A stretch of 32,789 nucleotides of DNA from a virus (lineage: Duplodnaviria > Caudoviricetes): positions 1 through 32,789 of IMG/VR virus record IMGVR_UViG_3300030330_002998. The stretch is one strand, 5' to 3'. Positions 25,725 to 32,789 of the stretch are shown here, piece by piece; the first letter of the stretch is position 1, and every line of letters begins with the position of its first letter. Position numbers and translations under genes: made by a program. Below the pieces are notes generated by a model. It was not told the DNA's origin, searched no databases, and was given only the letters and a program-made list of their open reading frames with translations.

Positions 25725-27223
25725 ACCTAGACTTTTCTCGCTCCCCGGTTTTGTGGAAGTTTCTCAACGATGATAGTTTTATCAAGTCGATCATGGGGCC
25801 AGTGGGTTCTGGCAAGTCCTATGCGTGTTGTGCGGAGTTGTTTCGAAGAGCCGTTATGCAGAAGCCTAGTCCGAGGGATGGCATCAAGTATTCACGTTTT
25901 GCTGTTGTCAGAAACTCTTACCCTATGCTGAAGACCACTACATTAAAGACCTGGCTTGAGTTGTTTCCAGAAGATGTATGGGGTAATGTTCATCATGCTC
26001 CACCAATCAAGCATCATATTCGTCTTCCCTCAAAAGAAGGAGCAGCAGGTATTGATATGGAGGTTATGTTTCTTGCCCTTGATCAGCCTAAAGATGTACG
26101 AAAACTGTTGTCTCTCGAGCTAACCGGGGCTTTTGTTAACGAAGCAAAAGAGTTACCCAAGGCGGTAATTGATGGCTTATCGCATCGTGTTGGTCGCTAT
26201 CCAACAAAATCAGACGGTGGGCCAACGTGGCGTGGTATCATTATGGATACCAACCCTCCAGATGATGACCATTACATCTACCATATGGCAGAAAAAGAAA
26301 AGCCTAGCGGAAAATTTAAGTGGAGTTTCTATAAGCAACCGGGGGGAGTAAAGGAAGTTCATGCTGATGATGTTCCTGCCGATATGCCAGAAGCTCAAGG
26401 GTTTATGTATCAAGCTAGTCGATGGTGGCAAACCAATCCCAAAGCAGAAAACCTAACCAATCTGCCCGATGGATACTATGAGCAGTTGATCCCCGGCAAG
26501 ACATTGGATTGGATACGATGCTACGCTGAAGGGAAATATTCCTATGTTCAAGAAGGAAGACCGGTCTGGCCCGAATATGATGACCACTCCATGTCTGATG
26601 AACTAACGATCCAAGACGGTATTCCCGTTCAAGTGGGACTTGACTTTGGGCTTACACCATCAGCGGTGTTTGGTCAGAAGATGCAAAACGGTCGGTGGCA
26701 TATTCTCCGAGAGATAGTAACCTTTGATATGGGGCTAGAACGCTTTGCCCATTTGCTCAAAGCAGAACTTGAAACATGGTTTCCAAAGTTTGAATGCATG
26801 ATATGGGGTGACCCTGCAGGATCAGCAAGGGATATGATCTATGAGCAAACAGCATTTGATCACCTCAAAACACATGGGCTAATTGCTAGACCAACAGCAA
26901 CCAACGAATTCAAGACCCGAAGAGAAGCAGGGGCTATACCAATGACACGGCTGATAGACGGCAAACCGGGATTTTTGGTACATAGAGAATGTGTTCGTCT
27001 TAGAAAAGCTCTGGCTGGGGGCTATCACTTCAAAAGGGTGGCGATGGGTTCTGGACATGAGCGGTTCAAGGATGTTCCCAACAAAGACCACAACTCCCAC
27101 GTTGCGGATAGTCTAGGGTATCTTCTGCTAGGAGGTGGAGAGCATCGTAATATGGTTCGAGGTAAATCCCCTCACTTCTATAAAACGGCAAACGCTTGGG
27201 GCGATTTTGATGTTTTTGCCTGA
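25688..27223 (+). CDS. terL: Terminase large subunit
   Basis: Walker A GPVGSGKS, Walker B FVNEAKE, DTNPP, nuclease GLDFG and SHVADSL.Y. Confidence 0.95.
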   Translation: MEEKKITPDGGMNLDFSRSPVLWKFLNDDSFIKSIMGPVGSGKSYACCAELFRRAVMQKPSPRDGIKYSRFAVVRNSYPMLKTTTLKTWLELFPEDVWGNVHHAPPIKHHIRLPSKEGAAGIDMEVMFLALDQPKDVRKLLSLELTGAFVNEAKELPKAVIDGLSHRVGRYPTKSDGGPTWRGIIMDTNPPDDDHYIYHMAEKEKPSGKFKWSFYKQPGGVKEVHADDVPADMPEAQGFMYQASRWWQTNPKAENLTNLPDGYYEQLIPGKTLDWIRCYAEGKYSYVQEGRPVWPEYDDHSMSDELTIQDGIPVQVGLDFGLTPSAVFGQKMQNGRWHILREIVTFDMGLERFAHLLKAELETWFPKFECMIWGDPAGSARDMIYEQTAFDHLKTHGLIARPTATNEFKTRREAGAIPMTRLIDGKPGFLVHRECVRLRKALAGGYHFKRVAMGSGHERFKDVPNKDHNSHVADSLGYLLLGGGEHRNMVRGKSPHFYKTANAWGDFDVFA

Positions 27224-27692
27224 TGAAATCACAGAAGTAGCCAAATTTGATGGGGTTTATGCAAAGATTGTAGATTTTGAGCCGCATCACATTGATGAGA
27301 TAACCTATAGATCTGCCGATAGTGACTTTGTCCAAGCAAATAAAGATCAGTTGGTCAGCCGATTGCCCAAAGGTATGTCCTTTTCCGCAGTTGTTGATGA
27401 TCAAGTATTCGCTATGTTTGGGTTAGTTCCCTATTGGAAAGGGTGCTATGAATGTTGGCTTATTCCTGCGAACAATCTTGATACCCATAAAATGAAAATG
27501 CATCGCACCTCAATACGTTTTTTTGAGTATACAGCCAAGGTATTGAGAGCAAAACGATACCAATGTTATGTATATTCGGCTAACTTACGGGCTGTTAGAT
27601 GGATTGAAATGATGGTATTTAAAAAAGAAGGGCTTATGAAAAACTTTGGCCCCAACCAAGAAGACTTTTTTTTATATGCGAGGTATTTTTGA
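27210..27692 (+). CDS. GNAT-fold protein (T7 gp13 / internal virion protein A-like)
   Basis: AMFG...W.G..E.W, R.QC.V...N.RAVRW.E...F..EG pattern. Confidence 0.75.
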   Translation: MFLPDEITEVAKFDGVYAKIVDFEPHHIDEITYRSADSDFVQANKDQLVSRLPKGMSFSAVVDDQVFAMFGLVPYWKGCYECWLIPANNLDTHKMKMHRTSIRFFEYTAKVLRAKRYQCYVYSANLRAVRWIEMMVFKKEGLMKNFGPNQEDFFLYARYF

Positions 27693-27982
27693 TGGATTTT
27701 TTATTTGGTGGTGGTGGCGGTGGCCCCAGTGAGGAAGAAAGAAAAAGGCAGGAAAGTAGAGAGCAAAGAACAGAAGAACGTGTTCAGAAGCAGGAAGAAA
27801 AGGTAGAACGGCAAGAGCGTCAGGAGAAAGCAAAGATCAGAGCCAGAAAAACAGCTGTTCGTCAAGGCGCAACTGGAGCTGGTACGATGACACAGCTGGT
27901 GTCTCAAGGTAGAACAGACCCAATGCGTGGCAATCCTCGAATGCCAGATGAGCAAACAAAACTCGGACGTAACCCACGGTAA
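27689..27982 (+). CDS. Small virion-associated protein upstream of the portal
   Basis: M..LFGGGGGGP start and charged coiled coil, typical of pre-portal genes in podoviruses. Confidence 0.7.
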   Translation: MMDFLFGGGGGGPSEEERKRQESREQRTEERVQKQEEKVERQERQEKAKIRARKTAVRQGATGAGTMTQLVSQGRTDPMRGNPRMPDEQTKLGRNPR

Positions 27983-28024
27983 TGAAAAAGTATTTACGCA
28001 ACCCAAGAAAAAAGGAGATGAGTG

Positions 28025-28162
28025 ATGCCTATGGTAAGTTACAAAACGAAGGACGGTACAAAAAAGAAGAAGTTCAAGTACACAAAAAAGGGAGTAGCGG
28101 AAGCCAAAAAGATGGCGAAACAGACCGGGGGAAAGATAAAGGTCAATAAAAGCTACGGATGA
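28025..28162 (+). CDS. Basic microprotein (45 aa, not in ORF track)
   Basis: MPMVSYKTKDGTKKKKFKYTKKGVAEAKKMAKQTGGKIKVNKSYG; AAGGAG RBS; ATGA overlap with the portal start. Confidence 0.72.
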   Translation: MPMVSYKTKDGTKKKKFKYTKKGVAEAKKMAKQTGGKIKVNKSYG

Positions 28163-29718
28163 GACTTGATGTAACCACACTCAAGGGTCGCTTCAAGAAA
28201 GCTATGGCCCACAAGGATGAATGGCGATCCATCTATGAGGATGCGTATCGCTATGTTTTGCCCAATCGTAATCTGTATGATGGGAACTACGAAACCACTT
28301 CACCAAAAAATGACAAGATGAACCGAGTGTATGACAGTACAGCAATACACGCTACCCAGAGATTTGCCAACCGTCTTCAGTCTGGGGTATTTCCTACGCA
28401 ACGGCATTGGTGTCGTTTAGTTCCTGGAGATGAAATACCAAAAGAAAAACATATTGAGGTACAGCGTGTTCTTGATAACTATGCAGATACGATGTTTGAT
28501 GTTATGCGGCAATCAAACTTTGATATGGCGATGGGTGAGTTTCTCCTCGAGTTAGCAATAGGAACGGCTGTAATGATTATCCAACCCGGTGACGAGTTGC
28601 AACCCATTCGCTATACAGCCGTTCCCTCTTTTCTAATTGCTTATGATGAAGGGCCATTTGGTACAGTTGATAAGGTATATCGTCTGCATCGCATTCCTTT
28701 TGTTGCTGTTGATCAAGAGTTTCCAGATGCTGACATCCCAGATCAGCTGAAACAGAAGTATGACGGCAGACCAGATGAGAAGATAGAGCTGTATGAGATT
28801 ACCTGCTATGACAAGGATGAAGGTATCTTTCACTATCATGTCATTACCAAGGAAGGTGAAGATGAGATTGTCTATAGACGTTTGAACTCCTTCCCTTGGG
28901 TTGTATCTCGATATATGAAAGCAAGTGGTGAAAAGTATGGTAGAGGGCCTGTCCTTACAGCTCTGCATGATATCAAGACCCTCAATAAACTCAAAGAGTA
29001 CCATCTGAAGAATGCATCTCTATCTATTGCAGGTGTATATACAGCGATGGATGATGGTGTTCTTAATCCAAATTCAGTCCGTTTGGTTCCGGGAGCAATC
29101 ATCCCGGTGGCTCGTAACGGTGGAAACCAAGGAGAAAGTCTCAAGCCATTGCCCCGGAGTGGAGACCCCCAGCTTTCCCAGATGTCACAACAAGATCTCG
29201 TGATGTCTATCAAGCAAATTCTTATGGATGATATGTTGCCACCCGATACAGCTTCTGCTCGATCCGCTACCGAAATCATGCAAAAGATGAAGATCTTATC
29301 TGAGAACATGGGTAGTGCCTTTGGAAGACTTATTCAGGAGACAATGTATCCGGTTGTCAGACGTACTCTTGAGGTTATGGATGAGCTTGGAATGATTGAA
29401 CTACCATTGAAAGTCAATGGGTTGCAAGTCAAAGTTCAGCCCGTAGCTCCAATAGCAATGTCTCAAAACATGGAGAAAGTAAGTGAAATAATGCAGTATA
29501 TGCAGATTGCACAAAGTATGGGACCTGCTGGGCAGTTGGCAGTAAAGCAGGAAGTCCTACTTGACTACATAGCCGATCAGCTTGCTATACCTGCCGAAGT
29601 CAGAATGACCCAAGAAGAAAAGCAACAGATACAGCAAATGCTGATGGAACAAGCAATGAAGATGCAAAACCAACAAGGAATGATGCAGGGTGGAGGAGAA
29701 CCAGAACAACCAGCTTGA
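28159..29718 (+). CDS. Portal (head-tail connector) protein
   Basis: YDSTA, F.....E....L..GTA, RY....GE.YGRGP, RSATEI motifs of T7/BPP-1-type portals. Confidence 0.95.
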   Translation: MRLDVTTLKGRFKKAMAHKDEWRSIYEDAYRYVLPNRNLYDGNYETTSPKNDKMNRVYDSTAIHATQRFANRLQSGVFPTQRHWCRLVPGDEIPKEKHIEVQRVLDNYADTMFDVMRQSNFDMAMGEFLLELAIGTAVMIIQPGDELQPIRYTAVPSFLIAYDEGPFGTVDKVYRLHRIPFVAVDQEFPDADIPDQLKQKYDGRPDEKIELYEITCYDKDEGIFHYHVITKEGEDEIVYRRLNSFPWVVSRYMKASGEKYGRGPVLTALHDIKTLNKLKEYHLKNASLSIAGVYTAMDDGVLNPNSVRLVPGAIIPVARNGGNQGESLKPLPRSGDPQLSQMSQQDLVMSIKQILMDDMLPPDTASARSATEIMQKMKILSENMGSAFGRLIQETMYPVVRRTLEVMDELGMIELPLKVNGLQVKVQPVAPIAMSQNMEKVSEIMQYMQIAQSMGPAGQLAVKQEVLLDYIADQLAIPAEVRMTQEEKQQIQQMLMEQAMKMQNQQGMMQGGGEPEQPA

Positions 29719-29956
29719 TGAAGATCTATGGCCCGAGGTTACTGAAGATCTACAAGTTTCGCATTTGGATTTGCTCTATGCAACTGTCTTCAATAGTCCA
29801 GATGGGTTGAAGGTCTTAAAGCATTTAGAAAGCACAACTATTGATCAGCCCTGTTGGTTTCCGGGAACAGAAGCAAGCCAAGGTTATTTTAGAGAAGGAC
29901 AAAACTCATTAGTAAGACAGATAAACAGTAGAATAAGGAGAGCTAAAAATGTCTGA
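29690..29956 (+). CDS. Bbp19-like protein
   Basis: Y..VF.SPDG.KVL.HL ... FREGQ.S.V..I. Confidence 0.8.
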   Translation: MEENQNNQLDEDLWPEVTEDLQVSHLDLLYATVFNSPDGLKVLKHLESTTIDQPCWFPGTEASQGYFREGQNSLVRQINSRIRRAKNV

Positions 29957-30734
29957 AGAACAGCAAGAAGAACAGGTTGAAGAGCAACCACAAGCTGAAA
30001 GCAGTATGCAAAAATTAGCAGGAGAGGATCTCAATGCCCCGACAGAAGAAGAAAATTCGCACCTCCAGACCAATGATGAGCCGGAGGGTGTTGATCCAGA
30101 CGAGGTTGAGTTCGTCAAGCCGGAGTGGCTCCCGGAGAAGTTCTGGGATACGGAGAACGGTACGAACATAGAGAAACTTGCCAAAAGCTATACTGACCTT
30201 GAAAAAAGATTTTCAAAGGGTGAACACAAAGCCCCAGAAAGTTATGATGTTTCTTTTTTAGGAGAAAATGTGCCAGAAGATGATGAGCTTCTCAACAAAT
30301 ACAAGGAAATAGCCACTACCTATGGAATGTCACAAGAGGACTTTCAAACTCTAGCTATGCAGTTTGTTGGTGCTGTTGAAGATGAGGAACTAAGCCAACA
30401 AGAATTTATTGAAGAGCAAAAGCGTTTGCTAGGAAATAATGCTGTTGAGTTAGTGCGATCCAACTATGACTGGGGGAAAAGTCTTCTAAACAAAGGGGTA
30501 ATTACAGAGAATGAGTTTACTGTCCTAGATGAAATGGGCGGTACAGCTGATGGTACACGACTGCTGCGAAAGATTAGAAATCTATCAAGTCCAAAGGAGC
30601 TTCCCATTCCGTCCTTCACCGGGGAAAGAAAGACAAAAGAAGAGTTGGCTCAGTATGTTTCTGACCCACGTTGGAAGTCTGACCCTGTCTGGAGAAAGCA
30701 AAAAGAGAAAGAGTTCTACGACAACATTGCCTAA
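29949..30734 (+). CDS. Capsid scaffolding protein
   Basis: Acidic; PEWLPEKFW, LAKSY..LEK, APESY, DPRW motifs; precedes the capsid gene. Confidence 0.85.
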   Translation: MSEEQQEEQVEEQPQAESSMQKLAGEDLNAPTEEENSHLQTNDEPEGVDPDEVEFVKPEWLPEKFWDTENGTNIEKLAKSYTDLEKRFSKGEHKAPESYDVSFLGENVPEDDELLNKYKEIATTYGMSQEDFQTLAMQFVGAVEDEELSQQEFIEEQKRLLGNNAVELVRSNYDWGKSLLNKGVITENEFTVLDEMGGTADGTRLLRKIRNLSSPKELPIPSFTGERKTKEELAQYVSDPRWKSDPVWRKQKEKEFYDNIA

Positions 30735-30773
30735 TTTTTCTTCTTTACTCAATTTTCAAGATATGGTATCGGT

Positions 30774-30845
30774 GGATTGAGCGATAACTACATCTGTAGC
30801 CGTTCAATCTTTTTGATTGGCGGATTTATTCCATAACCAAGAAAA
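30774..30845 (+). promoter_or_regulatory. Structured capsid-gene leader: two hairpins with ATAA/C internal loops
   Basis: GGATTGAGCG[ATAA]CTAC-ATCT-GTAG[C]CGTTCAATCT and TTGG[C]GGA-TTTAT-TCC[ATAA]CCAA. Confidence 0.65.
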
Positions 30846-30876
30846 CACTAATGTTAATTTTTTTATGGAGCGATAG

Positions 30877-31734
30877 ATGTCGAACAACGCAATTTCAAAC
30901 GCATTCGTCACTATCTTTGAAAGCGAAGTCCATCAAGCTTATCAATCTGAAGCTAAGTTGGCAGGGACTGTCAGAACCCGAACCAATGTAGAAGGGTCAA
31001 CTGTAAAGTTTCCAAAACTAGCTAAAGGTCAAGCTTCTGTTCGCAGTCCGGGAACGCAAGTTGTTCCTGTTGGGGCCCAGTTCTCAAGCGTAACAGCAAC
31101 GATGGTGGATTATTCTGCATCAGAGTACAGTGATATCTTTAACCAAGCGAAAATAAACTTTGACGAGAGAGCAGAACTAGCTGAGATGCTAGGTAAAGCC
31201 ATAGCGAGACGAGAAGATCAAGTGGTGATTGATGCCCTAATAAACGCATCAGCCGGGTCAACCGTTGCAAATACTGTGGTAACTAGTGGATCAGCAGGTG
31301 CTTCTGACCTCAATGTTGGAAAGATTATTGCCGCAGGAAAAGCACTAAACGCAAAAAATGTACCTGCTACCGAGAGATGTTTGTTAGTTCATGCTAACTC
31401 AATGGCATCCTTACTTGGTGATGAGAGAGCAGTAAGTTCTGATTTTATTCAGCTACAGGCTCTCCAGAGAGGTGAGGTTCAAACTTTCGCCGGGTTCAAT
31501 ATAATTATGTTTGGTGATAGAGATGAGGGCGGTATTCCAATTGATGGATCAAGTGACAGAACGTGTGTAGCGTTCCACAAGTCAGCCGTTGGTCTAGGTG
31601 TTGGTATGCCTGCTAAAACAGAAATCAACTATGTTGCAGAAAGAACATCGTTTCTTGTGACTGCCATGTATTCGGCAGGAGCGATAGCGGTAGATACTGA
31701 CGGCATAGTAGATGTAATTTGTAGGGAGAGCTAA
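30877..31734 (+). CDS. Major capsid protein
   Basis: GGAG RBS; F...FESEVH.AYQ...KL, A..R..DQ.IIDA, AFHKSAVG, GA.A.D..GIV. Confidence 0.93.
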   Translation: MSNNAISNAFVTIFESEVHQAYQSEAKLAGTVRTRTNVEGSTVKFPKLAKGQASVRSPGTQVVPVGAQFSSVTATMVDYSASEYSDIFNQAKINFDERAELAEMLGKAIARREDQVVIDALINASAGSTVANTVVTSGSAGASDLNVGKIIAAGKALNAKNVPATERCLLVHANSMASLLGDERAVSSDFIQLQALQRGEVQTFAGFNIIMFGDRDEGGIPIDGSSDRTCVAFHKSAVGLGVGMPAKTEINYVAERTSFLVTAMYSAGAIAVDTDGIVDVICRES

Positions 31735-31735
31735 G

Positions 31736-32020
31736 ATGGCATTTGTAAGAAATGATTTCAATACCATCGGAGGACAAGCAAGAGCTGGAGTAACTCCAGC
31801 TATGTACGTCTACACCACAACAGAAGCTCATACTGTAGTTGATGGGTCTGGCTATTTCAATGATATCTCAGACATTCTAAACGTAGGTGATATGATTGTT
31901 GTACATGGCTCAACTGGTGGCACACGAACAGTCACAATGCATATAGTTGTCTCAAACGCTTCCGGCGTTGTGGACGTATCCGATGGAACAACAATCGGAG
32001 CTGTATCAGACAGTGACTAA
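31736..32020 (+). CDS. Capsid decoration / cement protein
   Basis: Small beta-rich protein with GYFN...L..GD.I motif directly after the capsid gene. Confidence 0.7.
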   Translation: MAFVRNDFNTIGGQARAGVTPAMYVYTTTEAHTVVDGSGYFNDISDILNVGDMIVVHGSTGGTRTVTMHIVVSNASGVVDVSDGTTIGAVSDSD

Positions 32021-32025
32021 TATTC

Positions 32026-32053
32026 TTGGGGGGTAGTTCCGACTGCCCTCCAA
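32026..32053 (+). other. 12-bp RNA hairpin after the capsid/decoration genes (no U-tract)
   Basis: TTGGGGGGTAGT-TCCG-ACTGCCCTCCAA with two G-U pairs, so it folds best on the + transcript. Confidence 0.7.
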
Positions 32054-32071
32054 ACCAACAAGGGGTTTTGA

Positions 32072-32686
32072 ATGGCGAGTGGTGATACGGACGTAATTAT
32101 CTGCGCTGAAGCTCTGCAACTTCTAGGGGCTAACCGTATAACCAGCTTTTCCGATGGCTCTACTGCCGGGTCTCTATGCAGTACATTATATCCAAGAGTA
32201 AAGGCACTAACCCTTGGAATGTACCCTTGGTCATTTACGTTAAAGAAAGCTCAACTTTCAGAGTCAGCTAGTACGCCAACAACCTATTGGAGTAAGTCTT
32301 TTACTTTGCCTAATGATATGGTCAATGGAGTTCCCCGGAAGGTTTTTACGTCTAGCAATGCCAACGCTCCTAATCTTACTGACTATGAAATTCAAGGAAC
32401 AGAGCTACTCACTCAAGAAAGTACAATATATGTAGATTATCAGGCAACGGTTGCTGAAGGAGCAATGCCCTCTTATTTTGTTACATTATTGGTTTATATG
32501 ATGGCTTGGCATTTAGCTGAACCAGTGACCGATCAAACAACCAAGTCAGAGTATTGGAAGAATGTCGCTACAGGAACTGCACTAGAAAATAATAGAGGTG
32601 GTTATTTCAGACAGGCAACGGCTATCGATGGTGCCGGACAATCTAGCCAAGTTCTAGCAGATTATGTGTTGGTTGATGTACGATGA
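32072..32686 (+). CDS. Tail tubular protein A / adaptor (T7 gp11-like)
   Basis: IC..AL..LGA..I.SF.DG, YPWSF, LP.D, F...L...MA..LA..VT, A..ID. Confidence 0.9.
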   Translation: MASGDTDVIICAEALQLLGANRITSFSDGSTAGSLCSTLYPRVKALTLGMYPWSFTLKKAQLSESASTPTTYWSKSFTLPNDMVNGVPRKVFTSSNANAPNLTDYEIQGTELLTQESTIYVDYQATVAEGAMPSYFVTLLVYMMAWHLAEPVTDQTTKSEYWKNVATGTALENNRGGYFRQATAIDGAGQSSQVLADYVLVDVR

Positions 32687-32789
32687 GCAGAGTAACACTT
32701 TATCAATCTAATTTCACGGTCGGTGAGTTAGATCCTCTCGTTAAGGGTCGATTAGATATCCAGCAATATTCTAGCGGTTTGGATAGAGC
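32683..32789 (+). CDS. N-terminus of tail tubular protein B (continues at the window start)
   Basis: ATGA overlap with the tail tubular A stop; in frame with 1-2451 through the terminal repeat. Confidence 0.88.
   Translation, partial: MSRVTLYQSNFTVGELDPLVKGRLDIQQYSSGLDR
32686..32789 (+). repeat. Terminal direct repeat, right copy
   Basis: 102 of 104 positions identical to 1-104. Confidence 0.97.

Larger units (their letters stand above)
1..32789. mobile_element. Complete circularly permuted podovirus-type phage genome (BPP-1/HTVC010P-like structural module, initiator-type replication)
   Basis: Full packaging, head, short-tail, lysis, recombination and replication gene set; the ends overlap by 104 bp; no host housekeeping genes. 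Confidence 0.95.

Noticed and set aside
27135-27209. GTG-start extension of the GNAT-like gene
   Set aside because: Deep overlap with the TerL C-terminus; ATG 27210 gives a typical short overlap
1-32789. tRNA genes or alternative genetic code
   Set aside because: No cloverleaf seen in the few intergenic gaps; genes are intact and tightly packed under the standard bacterial code

Overview
The window is an essentially complete, circularly permuted genome (about 32,685 bp unique, with a 104-bp end overlap carrying two synonymous differences) of an AT-rich short-tailed dsDNA phage. Its structural module has BPP-1/HTVC010P-like order: TerS, TerL, GNAT-like protein, portal, Bbp19-like protein, scaffold, major capsid, decoration protein, tail tubular A and B, four internal/ejection proteins, tail fibre and chaperones. 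A lysis region (3-TM holin, GH108 endolysin) is interleaved with very basic microproteins. A leftward operon encodes a short serine recombinase, YqaJ exonuclease, ERF and a LexA DNA-binding domain with no peptidase. A divergent rightward early operon encodes an Arc-like repressor, a C5 DNA methyltransferase, a DUF1064-like nuclease, a DnaA-C-terminal-like protein, a PAPS-reductase-like protein and an HTH replication initiator containing its own iteron origin. I recognised no DNA or RNA polymerase, primase/helicase, tRNA or CRISPR array. The most notable observations are: (i) a dual-coded methyltransferase with a nested, RBS-bearing EcoHK31I-beta-like ORF and a tandem array of TRD-like repeats; (ii) strong genome-wide avoidance of GGWCC, CCWGG, GANTC, WGGCCW and GCGC, visible in codon-pair choice; (iii) an ejection-cluster protein with a GNAT-like domain; (iv) two tandem ATAA/C internal-loop hairpins in the capsid leader; (v) a peptidase-less LexA next to a short serine recombinase. 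Family assignments come from motif recognition by eye, not database searches. An alphaproteobacterial, probably marine, host is inferred but not shown.
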